Source: Candidatus Hermodarchaeota archaeon (lineage in GTDB: Archaea > Asgardarchaeota > Lokiarchaeia > Sigyniarchaeales > SOKP01). From it: DNA of 64,000 nt. Shown piece after piece: positions 37,618 through 48,200 of this stretch (its first letter is position 1; every line of letters begins with the position of its first letter). Under the pieces are notes generated by a model that searched no databases, had not been told where the DNA came from, and saw only the letters and a program-made list of their open reading frames with translations. The position numbers and the translations under genes were made by a program. The stretch lies in contig JBHLLP010000005.1 in assembly GCA_048885525.1 (NCBI GenBank), positions 7,982 through 71,981 of the forward strand. Reading direction: 5' to 3'.

Positions 37618-39075
37618 TTATTCCTCAAAGAATAATTCTTCTTCTGAAATTTCAGGGCTTATAACTGGTTTATGGATAAATTTTTCATTCAGCTTAATTC
37701 TTTTGAGAAAAAATAAACTAAATAAGTAAAAAATTCCCATTGAAGCTAATGTAAGTGTAATAATTGTAGAATTTTCTGCATTATGCCCAGTAAGAATTAA
37801 TCCTATTACGAAAGAAGCCAGCGATTGGCCCGCTGCCATAATGAAAGAGCTTAAACCGAAATAAGCTCCAGATATGTTTGACACAGCTTCATGAAAATCA
37901 GGTTTTTTAGCCCTATCAGCTGCTTCATAAACTAAAACGCTCGCTAAAGGAGGATTAAATAATCCTAATCCATACATAGAACCTAATATAGTACCCATAG
38001 TTAATATAAATAAAATAATTTCAAATCCAGTAGATAACACTTTAATCAAGAAAAACAATTCTAAAAAACACGCAATAATCGAAGATAATATACAAACCAT
38101 ATATGTTTTAAGTATTGAATTCTTTTTAAGCAGTCTTCGCCAGATATAGAAACCAATCATCTTACTTATTACCGAGACTACAACATAAATATAAAATTTA
38201 CTTGCGGTAAACAGGAGTGTATAAGTGAGAAAAGGAATTACTATAATTCCTAATATTTTCCCGGATATACTGTTAAAAAGTATTACACTTAGATACTTTC
38301 TGTATTTTTTATCCCATAATGGAGCTCGCATTTGGCTGACAAAAGACTTTAAGCTGGTTTTACTTCTACTTTTTTCTACTTTGGTAGTTTTATGAAAGCT
38401 TTCATCAACAGAAAAAAAGGTTATTATAATAGTGATTAAACCAAAAATTGTGAATGCAATTCCAATCCATGGCATAAATGTAAGAATTATTGTTCCAGAA
38501 TATTCCCACCATTTTACATTTTCTGGTTCTGGTAATAAGCTCTCTACCATTAAAGGAAGCATTAGTGCTAAAACTGATGCAATTATGTGAAAAAATGTAG
38601 TAACTGCCGCGATTTTTTCTCTATTTTTATGAGTTTGTGATTGTTCTGTCAACATGGAAAGATGGACAGTCATAATCGATGAACTACTGATAGATTTAAT
38701 AATTAACGTACTCCACAGAAATATTGCTGTAGGCATAAATAAGGCATTATTTTGAGGGCATCTCGGAGGTAACCAAACGATAATACTAGTTAAAATCCAT
38801 ATTGGTAACCCATATAAAAGAAAAGGTTTACGTTTTCCAAGTTTAGTCGGTTTTTTATTGTCAGCGACTATTCCAAAAATGATAGAAGAAATTGCGGAGA
38901 CTATGAGTTGTATGGAAATCCCAACAGATGTCAGAATTGAATCCAGATTAATCGTATAAACATAAAATTGAAAGATAAATGTGCCTACAAACATATTGGA
39001 CATAATCATGCCGAAGTTGCCTATGGCATATCCAATAAGTCGCTTTCCATGTAACTCACGTTGAACCTCAACCAT
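37618..39075 (-). CDS. MFS/GPH-family (glycoside-pentoside-hexuronide-like) transporter
   Basis: GYAIGNFGMIMSNMF N-terminus; about 12 TM helices. Confidence 0.7.
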   Translation of the reverse strand: MVEVQRELHGKRLIGYAIGNFGMIMSNMFVGTFIFQFYVYTINLDSILTSVGISIQLIVSAISSIIFGIVADNKKPTKLGKRKPFLLYGLPIWILTSIIVWLPPRCPQNNALFMPTAIFLWSTLIIKSISSSSIMTVHLSMLTEQSQTHKNREKIAAVTTFFHIIASVLALMLPLMVESLLPEPENVKWWEYSGTIILTFMPWIGIAFTIFGLITIIITFFSVDESFHKTTKVEKSRSKTSLKSFVSQMRAPLWDKKYRKYLSVILFNSISGKILGIIVIPFLTYTLLFTASKFYIYVVVSVISKMIGFYIWRRLLKKNSILKTYMVCILSSIIACFLELFFLIKVLSTGFEIILFILTMGTILGSMYGLGLFNPPLASVLVYEAADRAKKPDFHEAVSNISGAYFGLSSFIMAAGQSLASFVIGLILTGHNAENSTIITLTLASMGIFYLFSLFFLKRIKLNEKFIHKPVISPEISEEELFFEE

Positions 39076-39164
39076 GATATTATAATTAATATATAAAAGA
39101 TTAAGTTTTCGATTTTAAAAGGAGAAGAGTCATATTTGTCAAGAAATAAGTTTAAAAAAATATT

Positions 39165-40046
39165 TTATTTATCTGTTTTTTCCTTTTTCCTCTTTTCAAC
39201 TTTCTTTTGTTGTTCTACAATTACATTACTAATAAATTGGGTAGTAGAATATGCCGATTCCGCTTCGCCGAGACTTAACCCTTCTAATTCTTCCATTTCA
39301 GCTTCATCCTCACTGAATCCCATTTCTTTCATGGCATATTCCTTAGCACTCATTTTATGTCTTTTAGTTCTTAATTCAGCTCTCTGTAAATAATAATGGC
39401 TGGTCATATGAAGAACAGTTCCATCACCATGATCAAATGTAATAACTATTGGAGGTTCACCATATTTTTCTTGCATTTCTTTACTTACGATTAAAAGTTT
39501 AACTCGAGTTTTATCTAATATTTGAATTGGATACGAAGAACTCTCTAACCACCAAATTGGATCAGCTTTTTCATCAAATAATCCTTCTAAAAACTTGTTG
39601 CTTTTGTCTAATACTTCTACTTTAACACAATCATCTGCGGTTGGTCTCTGATTGTATTTTAAATAAAGGGGAAATATTTTTTCAAGAATATTTAGCAGAA
39701 CCCAATCAGTAGTAAAGAGAAATCCTCCTTTCTTGACAAATTCTTTTATTTTTGTTAAAGCATCATCGTTTACATTTCCAGGACAATTAATAATTAAGAT
39801 TTGATCTGATCTTAATTCAATTTGACTCACTTCATGAGGTTGAATTAAAATATATGGAACTTTTATCAGATCTAATACCAACTCAATTTTATCATAAGAC
39901 CCAGCAACTATTATTATTGATGATTCTTTCACTTTTCTCAATATATCGAGATCCATTGGTCGTTCTTTTGCCATTCTTCTTTCTAATATCTTGGAGGAAG
40001 CTTTATAAGCTTGTTCCATCTTTTTAAAATCTCCCATTTGAATCAC
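39165..40046 (-). CDS. Hypothetical protein, possibly class-I glutamine-amidotransferase-like (ThuA/DUF4159-like) fold, with an acidic-then-basic C-terminal tail
   Basis: The pattern LIINCPGN...KEFVKKGGFLFTTDW...VITFDHGDGTVLHMTSH is weakly reminiscent of ThuA-like proteins. The assignment is tentative. Confidence 0.3.
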   Translation of the reverse strand: MIQMGDFKKMEQAYKASSKILERRMAKERPMDLDILRKVKESSIIIVAGSYDKIELVLDLIKVPYILIQPHEVSQIELRSDQILIINCPGNVNDDALTKIKEFVKKGGFLFTTDWVLLNILEKIFPLYLKYNQRPTADDCVKVEVLDKSNKFLEGLFDEKADPIWWLESSSYPIQILDKTRVKLLIVSKEMQEKYGEPPIVITFDHGDGTVLHMTSHYYLQRAELRTKRHKMSAKEYAMKEMGFSEDEAEMEELEGLSLGEAESAYSTTQFISNVIVEQQKKVEKRKKEKTDK

Positions 40047-40198
40047 ATTTTAATATTTCTTTTAAAAAATTATGACAATTGATATCTTTAAACTTTTTCT
40101 AGATTTTATCTATACCAAAAAAATTAATAATTAATAAATTATAAAATCAAATAATTTAACCATTAAAATTTGGTACAAACAATTAGGATTTAACAAAA

Positions 40199-41896
40199 AT
40201 GAGCAAAATTGAAATATCTAAAAAGAGAATAATTCTACTGAGTCTTTTTTTAACTATTTTCGTGATAGGGACAGTTTTAATATTCGTAATACCCATAAGT
40301 GTCAAAGCAACTTATAATCAAACAGCTCAAACTACAGATGGAGTAACAATTTCATTCAATGTCTTTGAGCCTTCAACTAGCGGAATGAATAAACCAGCAT
40401 TCATACTCGGGCATGGCTCTATGGCAAATAAAGAAATGATGAAGGGGTATGCTATAGAGCTGGCAGCAGCAGGTTTTGTAGCAATTCCATTTGATTTTAG
40501 AGGACATGGGCAAAGTACATCAGGAAATACTAGTGCCATGTTTAATGATGTTATAGCAATCAAAGAATACCTTAATACTAGAGCTGATATTGATATGAAT
40601 TCATTAGGATATATTGGATATAGTATGGGAGGATTAGGTCAAAGTGTAGTTCATGTTGACCCTTCATTCAAATGTTTTATTGGTGTAGGTACATGGTTAT
40701 ATCCCACCCTCCGAACAGGTAATTTAACTAACCCTTTAAATGTCCTTATGATCCAAGCGTTATTTGATGAGGCAATAGAGCTTGGTGAATTAAAAGAGAG
40801 CTTGGCAACTCGCGTTGGTATTTCTGTTTCTGCTGTTGATGCAAATAAAATGTATGGATCTTTTGAACAAGAAAATGCATCGATGATTTATTTAGATGAT
40901 GATAGTAATCATTTGAAAGTAGCTTGGGACCAAGATTTCATAAGAGAAGCAAGAAATTGGGCAATAAATGCATTTGATATTGATGTGTTAGATGAAAATT
41001 TTTATGTCAATATAAGAGCAATCATTTTGTTGATACAAGTAATTGGTGGCATAGGATTTTTCTTTTTAGTTGTTGAACCTTTTTCTAAATTGATACTTCT
41101 ATCAAAAGAAGAGAGGGAAAGAGACGCAGAATTAGAAATTTATAAAATTGATATACCAGAAATTTCAATTAAAAAATTATCAATTAAAGTACTAATCTAT
41201 TCATTATTACTTGGTATTCCCGGGATTATTATTTTTATCCCAATTTTATTAATCCTGCCGTTTGCTATTGCCGGATTTGTTGTTACTATCTTATTTGGTC
41301 AAACCTTCGGATTAATAATTTTATTATGGAGGATTAGTAAACGTTTAGAATTATCATTTAAAGAAATATTAAAGAAACCATTTCAAGGAAGAACTAAATT
41401 TTTAAGACAATTAGCACTAGGAACGATCTTATCAATAATATTATTTTTAATTTCATATTCTTCAGTAGGTTTAAACTATTTTGGATTAGTTCCTGCAGTA
41501 ATTAAAATTTGGGGATTAGCTATCTTTCTAGTTATTTGTTTTTTTATTAATGTCATCTATTCTCTCCTAATGCAAGTGATCATACAAAACAAATTTACTG
41601 ATACACTTAAGGATACTTTGAAAATGGTATTTTTAGGTTTTATTTTCCCATTCTTATATTATTCTATATATCTGTTAATACTCAGTGGACTTACAAGAAG
41701 TCTTTTTTACTTTGGGAATTTTATTCCTCTTTCTTTAATAATGTTTACATTAAATTCTTCTGTTTCAATAATAGCATATAAGAAAACAGGAAATATAGCA
41801 ACAGGCGCTATAATATATGCTGTATTACTAACATTTCTAATTGTTACAGCATCTACTCCATCAACTGGTTTATCTTTTATATCAAGATTTTTCTAA
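40199..41896 (+). CDS. Alpha/beta-hydrolase ectodomain fused to a polytopic membrane domain
   Basis: N-terminal anchor; HG motif ILGHGS; nucleophile elbow GYSMGG; then about 8 TM helices. Confidence 0.7.
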   Translation: MSKIEISKKRIILLSLFLTIFVIGTVLIFVIPISVKATYNQTAQTTDGVTISFNVFEPSTSGMNKPAFILGHGSMANKEMMKGYAIELAAAGFVAIPFDFRGHGQSTSGNTSAMFNDVIAIKEYLNTRADIDMNSLGYIGYSMGGLGQSVVHVDPSFKCFIGVGTWLYPTLRTGNLTNPLNVLMIQALFDEAIELGELKESLATRVGISVSAVDANKMYGSFEQENASMIYLDDDSNHLKVAWDQDFIREARNWAINAFDIDVLDENFYVNIRAIILLIQVIGGIGFFFLVVEPFSKLILLSKEERERDAELEIYKIDIPEISIKKLSIKVLIYSLLLGIPGIIIFIPILLILPFAIAGFVVTILFGQTFGLIILLWRISKRLELSFKEILKKPFQGRTKFLRQLALGTILSIILFLISYSSVGLNYFGLVPAVIKIWGLAIFLVICFFINVIYSLLMQVIIQNKFTDTLKDTLKMVFLGFIFPFLYYSIYLLILSGLTRSLFYFGNFIPLSLIMFTLNSSVSIIAYKKTGNIATGAIIYAVLLTFLIVTASTPSTGLSFISRFF

Positions 41897-42002
41897 AACT
41901 CTAAATATTCTTTTTTTTTTTAATTTTATAGAGTACAAAAACATTATTCAACCATATTATAATTAAAAATTTTAAATTGGAAATAATCTTATTTCTTCAA
42001 TA

Positions 42003-43040
42003 ATGACGCAAAACCAGATTTTATGTATTACTTATTTTGACCAAGTAATCGGTCCTAGCACTTTATATTCAAGTGAACCATTAGTTAAAAGCATAGATAC
42101 ACCTGATATAAATCGAATTCTTGAATTCAACGATGAGGAAGGCACTTTCATTTTTGCTTATAGAAAGTTTCAAACAGTTAATCATATCTTTCACATTGAA
42201 TCAGAATTAGCTCGGGGGGGCAAAGATTTAATGATGATTACTTATATGATCAAAACAGCGATTTTCAAGGATGAAATCGTAGATGTGTTCAAATATTTAG
42301 ATTCTAAAGCACCAGTTTTAGAAGAATTTGCTTCTGAGATTAGTAAATTAAATGAATTAACAACAATTCTACACACAAAGAAGAGTGCTATTACTGGTGA
42401 ATACACTTTAGAATTAGCTAATGAGGAACTAAAACGTAATTTTTTGGACATATTCAATAAGTATTTTGAAAAATTAGCCCCTAAATACCGATTAGAAACC
42501 CCTATAAGGGATAAACGTCTTATAAAGAAAATTTTTATAATTGGGGCTCCTAGAGCTGGTAAAACAACATTTTTAAAGAATATTGAATTAATACAATTTT
42601 TAAATATTAAAAGAAATGATTTACCAAGTAGGATTTATGAAGTTGTTATTGAAAATCTCGAAATTTTACAATATGACGATGAGATGAGAGAATTCGAATG
42701 TAAAGATTTTGAGAATTTAGAGAATTGTGTTAACTTCGCGCAGGGATTTATCATACTTTTTAATTTATCAGATAAAAATTCAATTATTCTCACAAAGGAA
42801 ATTTTCAAAATAGTTGATAATACACGATTAAAAATTGAGACTGAATTGGCACCAATTTTAATTATAGGAAACAAGTTTCATGATAAGGAGGATTTTGACC
42901 AAGAATTTATTAATGAAACATTTGAAATTAATGAATTAAGGGAACTTGGTATCAAGATAAAATATTTTCCTATAAACATTTTAAAGGAAGACGAAAAAGT
43001 TATGAAAGCTATACGCTGGTTAATACGAAAAATTGTGTAA
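42003..43040 (+). CDS. Divergent small-GTPase-like P-loop domain fused to an N-terminal domain of about 175 aa with unknown fold
   Basis: G1 motif IIGAPRAGKTTF. G4-like IIGNKFHD. No clear DxxG (the expected position reads QYDDEM). Length and beta/alpha alternation resemble Ras/Arf-like proteins. Confidence 0.6.
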   Translation: MTQNQILCITYFDQVIGPSTLYSSEPLVKSIDTPDINRILEFNDEEGTFIFAYRKFQTVNHIFHIESELARGGKDLMMITYMIKTAIFKDEIVDVFKYLDSKAPVLEEFASEISKLNELTTILHTKKSAITGEYTLELANEELKRNFLDIFNKYFEKLAPKYRLETPIRDKRLIKKIFIIGAPRAGKTTFLKNIELIQFLNIKRNDLPSRIYEVVIENLEILQYDDEMREFECKDFENLENCVNFAQGFIILFNLSDKNSIILTKEIFKIVDNTRLKIETELAPILIIGNKFHDKEDFDQEFINETFEINELRELGIKIKYFPINILKEDEKVMKAIRWLIRKIV

Positions 43041-43181
43041 TATTAGACTAAAGAAAAATAGTAATAGTTAAGATTTCTTTTCATTAAATTAAACCTCCAG
43101 CAAATCTTTTAAATTATCATAAATATAATAAATAAAAATAGAATCATATTCAATCTTAAATAACAATTTGAATTCTTAAAA

Positions 43182-43535
43182 ATGGCATTTAAAGGCATAG
43201 CATGGGGAATTGTTTTCTTTTTAACAGCAGTTATATATTCTACAATTCCCACTTATTTAATTATTAGGTTTTGGGTGTGGTTAAACAGTTTTCCCGTTTA
43301 TACTTTATCATTATTTATGCTATTTTTATGGATTGTTGCTATAATTGTAGTACTAATCTATATTGTAGCAATGATAAGAGCTTTTATTCAAAGAAAAAAT
43401 GAAGAAGGTCTTGGTATTCCAAAAGGTGTGAAAGGTTTTGGATTAGTGTCAACAATCATAGTAATTGTATTCATGGTGATCTGGTATATTCTGTTTGGTA
43501 AAATTGCTTTTTTTACTATGATTCCTCCAATTTAA
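43182..43535 (+). CDS. Small membrane protein (4 TM), unknown function
   Basis: Hydrophobic ORF of 117 aa. Confidence 0.45.
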   Translation: MAFKGIAWGIVFFLTAVIYSTIPTYLIIRFWVWLNSFPVYTLSLFMLFLWIVAIIVVLIYIVAMIRAFIQRKNEEGLGIPKGVKGFGLVSTIIVIVFMVIWYILFGKIAFFTMIPPI

Positions 43536-44740
43536 TATAAAATAACTCGAATTACCTTAAAGAGGATTTGAGGATTTTTTATTAGAAATTTAATTAAAAA
43601 AAATAGAAACAGTGGATTTTTGATTATTTTGAATATTGTAGCTCGAGGAAAGTCCATATCACCATAAATAGATATTAATGTTTCAATTTCGCTTTTTTTT
43701 ATTATTCTGAATATCTTTTCAAAATCTTTCTTAGTACACTTCTCTAAAAAGGCTCGAATTAAATAATGAATTTTTAATTCTCTTCCAATTTTAATTCTAC
43801 ATGGAGTTTCATAATTCCTCTTGATTATTCTCCGTGTGAATTTTTTATATTTAAAACATTTTTTAATGCATTCAGCTGCATATTTCCCTGCTGTTAATAA
43901 CATTATGATCCCACCTCCAGTAGTAGCTTTAACTTGACAGGCTGAATCTCCTACTAGTAAAACATTATTAAAAGCAAGTTTGTTCATTAATCCATACGGT
44001 ATTAAACCGCCTTGTTGATCAATCTTTTGGTCAGGATTAATTTTTAGTCTATTTAGGAAAGTTCGGAAATTTTTTCCTATATTTTTAGAGCTTGCTATTC
44101 CAATACGATAGATATTGTTGCCTTCTGGGACGATCCAGCCAAATAATTCTCTCCATCGGCGATCAAAAAACAGCAGTGCTTCATTTTCATTAAATTGACC
44201 TTTAATACGGATCTGAGTAGCAAATAAATTATCATTTTTTATTCCTAATATCTTTCCTACAGAAGTTAAAGGTCCATCGCATCCAACCAATATATTAGCT
44301 TTAATTTTTCTTTTATTAGTTTCAATTAATACTAGTTTTTCTTGATTTTGTTTTATAATTTGAAAATTTCTAAATTTCTCTCCAAAACTATACTGAATAT
44401 TCTCATTATATTTAATTTTTTCATAGAATAAGCGGTCTAACCCCACTCTGTCAATTATGTATGGCTTTTCATTTCCTGCTAGTTTAATAAAGACTCCTGA
44501 GGGTGCTACAATTTTAGCTGTATCTACACGATTTAAAATTATTTCAGGAGGTAATTCGATTAAATTACTTAGTTTTTGAGAAACAATACCAGCACATTGA
44601 AGAGGCAGTCCTATTTGTTCATGTTCTTCGATAACTAATATTTTTAAATTAGTTTTGGATAATAAATAGCTTAAATAATTACCTGTAAGGCTTCCCCCAA
44701 TGATACAAACATCACAATCTGCAATTTTAATCTCCTTCAT
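43532..44740 (-). CDS. Geranylgeranyl reductase family flavoprotein (archaeal lipid saturation)
   Basis: DVCIIGGSLTGNYLS (FAD) and LLVGDSACQVKATTGGGI. Confidence 0.8.
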   Translation of the reverse strand: MKEIKIADCDVCIIGGSLTGNYLSYLLSKTNLKILVIEEHEQIGLPLQCAGIVSQKLSNLIELPPEIILNRVDTAKIVAPSGVFIKLAGNEKPYIIDRVGLDRLFYEKIKYNENIQYSFGEKFRNFQIIKQNQEKLVLIETNKRKIKANILVGCDGPLTSVGKILGIKNDNLFATQIRIKGQFNENEALLFFDRRWRELFGWIVPEGNNIYRIGIASSKNIGKNFRTFLNRLKINPDQKIDQQGGLIPYGLMNKLAFNNVLLVGDSACQVKATTGGGIIMLLTAGKYAAECIKKCFKYKKFTRRIIKRNYETPCRIKIGRELKIHYLIRAFLEKCTKKDFEKIFRIIKKSEIETLISIYGDMDFPRATIFKIIKNPLFLFFLIKFLIKNPQILFKVIRVILY

Positions 44741-44826
44741 GAGTTTTTAGAATATTACGATTTATAGTTATGAAAATTACAAATATATTGAAAAAATATC
44801 AAAAATTTTGTATATCGAAATTATCT

Positions 44827-45861
44827 TTAAGAATAATATTTTTTAACATAAATTAATTCATCGGGTGGAATCTCTCGATAACCTAATGATGTCATCATTC
44901 CATAGACTATTCCTAAAGTTACATTAGAAAAGATAGAATTAGTCTTAACAGTTAGATCTGTCCTTGATGTTAGAATTGGAGTAATTTTATCAACTAGAAA
45001 TTTTGTTCTAGGATTTTCTTCATATAATTTTATTATTGCATCTTTAAATGTTTTCATAAAATTCTCATGTTCTGAAATGATTTCATGAACATTGTTTTTC
45101 CCATTAACTATTCCAAAATGGCCAAAACCGGCTTTTAAAGGGAATAATTTTTTCAGATTACCTAAGGTTTCCATATACTTATTATGATTGTAGTAAATAG
45201 GCATAGATGATGGCATTGTTACTAACTTTGAAGTATGATAGAGGGTTCCAACACCTTCTCCAAAAAATATAAAATCTATTTTCCCATCTTTGATGAAGAG
45301 AGGCATCTGGTGATCTGGGGTGTGTCCAGGTGTTTTTAATATAGCTAATTTAACTTCTGATTCATTAGTAGTGAAAATATCAATGATATCAATTTTTTTG
45401 GGATCTTGATTAAAATTGGCACTTGGATCAATTATTTTAAAAGCAGTTTCTGGAATAGGTCTCATCTCACCTATTAAATTACCGTATGTGCGCTTACCCC
45501 GATTCAAATGAAGTTCAAAATCAATTAATAGTTCTTTAGTTATTTGATTTGTGAGAATTTTTACATCTGGGTTATACTTTTTTAATTTTGCATAAAGCTT
45601 CCACATTCCACCATTATGATCAAAATGATGATGGGAGGTTATTAAATATTTAAATGATGATAATGAGATATTCTGTTTTTTAAAATACCTTAATCCTTTT
45701 TTGATATCTAATGAAGATCCACAGTCAAATAAAACAGAGCAATCATCAAATTCTCCAAGAAAAATAGATAGCATTCTTGTTGTTCCATAACCTCTCATAT
45801 CAATATGATGGAGATATTCGTTGATCTTCCCCGTTTTTAAAGTTATTACCTCATTATCCAT
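44827..45861 (-). CDS. MBL-fold metallo-hydrolase
   Basis: TSHHHFDHNGG (HxHxDH); a later His (TPGHTPDH). Confidence 0.8.
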   Translation of the reverse strand: MDNEVITLKTGKINEYLHHIDMRGYGTTRMLSIFLGEFDDCSVLFDCGSSLDIKKGLRYFKKQNISLSSFKYLITSHHHFDHNGGMWKLYAKLKKYNPDVKILTNQITKELLIDFELHLNRGKRTYGNLIGEMRPIPETAFKIIDPSANFNQDPKKIDIIDIFTTNESEVKLAILKTPGHTPDHQMPLFIKDGKIDFIFFGEGVGTLYHTSKLVTMPSSMPIYYNHNKYMETLGNLKKLFPLKAGFGHFGIVNGKNNVHEIISEHENFMKTFKDAIIKLYEENPRTKFLVDKITPILTSRTDLTVKTNSIFSNVTLGIVYGMMTSLGYREIPPDELIYVKKYYS

Positions 45862-45959
45862 AGAAAAGGTAATTAAAAATACAATAAGAAGTATTTTATT
45901 ATAAAAAATTAAAAATTTGTGAGATTTAAAAGGTAAAAGTTATAAAAAGGATTTTTTTC

Positions 45960-48167
45960 TTAAAGATTTAGTTTTTGTTTCCAGATTTTCATTGAAAGTC
46001 TCAATTCCTCTCTTTCAGGATGGCTTAACACCTCTGATTTATCTTTAAGCTCTGTACCAGTACTATGAATAGTTTTTAATATACTATTATATCCCTCTGT
46101 CTTAACAAATTCATTTTGAAATCTTTCTAATGCTGCTGAAATTTCTTTTCCAGTCATTTTTTCTAGATTATTTAAAATATCATGGAACTGTTTTGATAAG
46201 AAAGTATCTTTTGGGATTTCGGCTACTTCTGTCTCTACCATTTTAGGTTCTTCCAATGGGGGTGTAATTACAGGTTTAGTAATGATGGGTTCTTCTTTTA
46301 GAGGTTCTTCTAATTTGGGTTGTGTTTCTAATGAAATTGGCTTTTTAATTGTACGCAAAATTTCCTTACGTGCTCCAACCCAAGCATCTTCAAGGATAGG
46401 TACAAATATTTTAATATGTTCTTCAATTATACTCCCAATACCTGCGATTTCAGTTAGATATTCTCCTCTAAATTCTGTTTTTGAAAGAACACATAGTATT
46501 ACTTCTTCATAATCTTTGTTAATTCCCCAAAGATTTTGTAGTGCTCGATTTCGATAATCTACGTTATCCATATTATCCATCTCTCGCATAATAGCCTCAT
46601 GTTCTGGGATAGTTGGATCTATATAAGTTGCAATTCTAAAGTTTATGCGTGAAGGTCGGGCTTTAATTGTCTCAATGTCAATGTCAGAAAGATTGGGTGC
46701 TACAATCAAGACTCTCATTTTAGCATTTAATATTTCTTCATTTATATGAGCTCTAGCCGCTTCTGGAGACCTAATAAACCATATATCCTTCATTGTAAAG
46801 CCACGTTGGCTTTTGGCTTGATCCCAAAATTCTCGAGTAGTAACTTCACTAACTTCCAATCTTTTTAAAATATCTGATAATGTATTATCTAGAGTGTCAA
46901 CAATACCCTTTCCAAAGATATCTTTTATATTACCAAATGATTCAAAAATACCTCCAGAAAGACCATCAATTCGTTGTTCCGCTAACTTTACAGCTTTATT
47001 AAAATTTTCAGAAATATCAGCAAATATTCTTTCTTTATCTTCTCCAGATTTGGAAGTAATTGATTCAATATTCTTTGCGGCATCTTCAAGTGAATCCTTA
47101 AGTTTTGAAATAATTTCTGTGTTAATTCCTTGTGTTGCTTTTTTCAATTCATCAGCAAATACAGTCTGACTGACGCTTAATTGCACGTTTAAATTGTCAG
47201 TAATATCTTTTAAACGTGTAGCAATAACTTTATCGATTACATCACTAACTGCTTGTTGAATTACCCCTAAGCGTAATTTTTGTAAATTTTCAGTAATAGT
47301 TGTTTTGATATCACCAAATTGATCTCGTAGATCATCAACTTGATTTTTAATAATCTGGGATGTTCTTACATTAAGATTTTCAAATTGCTTTGATAAAGAA
47401 CTAATTTGATCATCAGACAAAGACTTTGTTAAATCTCCGAGATGAGATATATCATCTGTAATTGTTCTAATTTGATCGATTGCTGAAATCGTCTGATCGA
47501 ATTCTTTCTTTTGAGCATGGATTTGAGAAAGCATTTTTTCTTTTAAATCTGACATTACTACACTAGAATCTTTCATTTTTTCCATATCCTTTGCCTCAGT
47601 TTCAAGTTGAGAAAATGATTTATCTAATTGCTTAGGGATAGTAGATTTTATATCATATATATAAGCATAAAATTTCTTCAATTGTGCGATTAAAGCAGCA
47701 TAAGGCGGTAAAGCCTGATAATGAGGAGTTGCACCGATAATCTCTTTAAATAATCCTTTTTCTACAAATTTATCAGCAATTTCTTTACATTTTTCTTTTG
47801 GTTTGCCAATTAGAATTGACATTTCCCCAATAGATATTGCTTCTCGACCTGTGGTTCGAAAATATAGATCTATTTCTTCATCCGATAGATCAATCTCACT
47901 TAATACTTGCTTTGTTAATTCTTTGGAATATGCAACATCTTTTTCTTTTTCTATAACATCTTTTATTTCAAAATTCTCTACTTCTAAATGTTGATTGATA
48001 AAAATTATTAATTTATGAGCAGGGTCGCCGTGAACATTTTCTTTTTTAATTGGAAACTTTTTAATTTCTTTATACTCATCTACAGAAATTGGAAATTTAA
48101 TATCTTTTAAACAAATCTTACATTTAATAGGGACTTCAACAATATCTTTATCTTTAAATAGATACAT
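45960..48167 (-). CDS. TrmB-architecture protein with an expanded coiled-coil insert of about 300 aa, an extra N-terminal domain and a P/E-rich C-terminal extension
   Basis: TrmB-like wHTH: LSDEEIDLYFRTTGREAISIGEMSILIGKPKEKCKEIADKFVEKGLFKEIIGATPHYQALPP. Long heptad region. TrmB_C/PLD-like segment: IWFIRSPEAARAHINEEILNAKMRVLIVAPNLSDIDIE. Then PKLEEPLKEEPIITKPVITPPLEEP. Confidence 0.55.
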   Translation of the reverse strand: MYLFKDKDIVEVPIKCKICLKDIKFPISVDEYKEIKKFPIKKENVHGDPAHKLIIFINQHLEVENFEIKDVIEKEKDVAYSKELTKQVLSEIDLSDEEIDLYFRTTGREAISIGEMSILIGKPKEKCKEIADKFVEKGLFKEIIGATPHYQALPPYAALIAQLKKFYAYIYDIKSTIPKQLDKSFSQLETEAKDMEKMKDSSVVMSDLKEKMLSQIHAQKKEFDQTISAIDQIRTITDDISHLGDLTKSLSDDQISSLSKQFENLNVRTSQIIKNQVDDLRDQFGDIKTTITENLQKLRLGVIQQAVSDVIDKVIATRLKDITDNLNVQLSVSQTVFADELKKATQGINTEIISKLKDSLEDAAKNIESITSKSGEDKERIFADISENFNKAVKLAEQRIDGLSGGIFESFGNIKDIFGKGIVDTLDNTLSDILKRLEVSEVTTREFWDQAKSQRGFTMKDIWFIRSPEAARAHINEEILNAKMRVLIVAPNLSDIDIETIKARPSRINFRIATYIDPTIPEHEAIMREMDNMDNVDYRNRALQNLWGINKDYEEVILCVLSKTEFRGEYLTEIAGIGSIIEEHIKIFVPILEDAWVGARKEILRTIKKPISLETQPKLEEPLKEEPIITKPVITPPLEEPKMVETEVAEIPKDTFLSKQFHDILNNLEKMTGKEISAALERFQNEFVKTEGYNSILKTIHSTGTELKDKSEVLSHPEREELRLSMKIWKQKLNL

Positions 48168-48200
48168 TATTCTAAATCATCTCATATTAATTATTATACT

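Noticed and set aside
39136-39393. 85-aa plus-strand ORF overlapping the 3' end of 39165..40046.
   Set aside because: It overlaps a longer, more protein-like minus-strand ORF. Its sequence is low complexity (F/S-rich).
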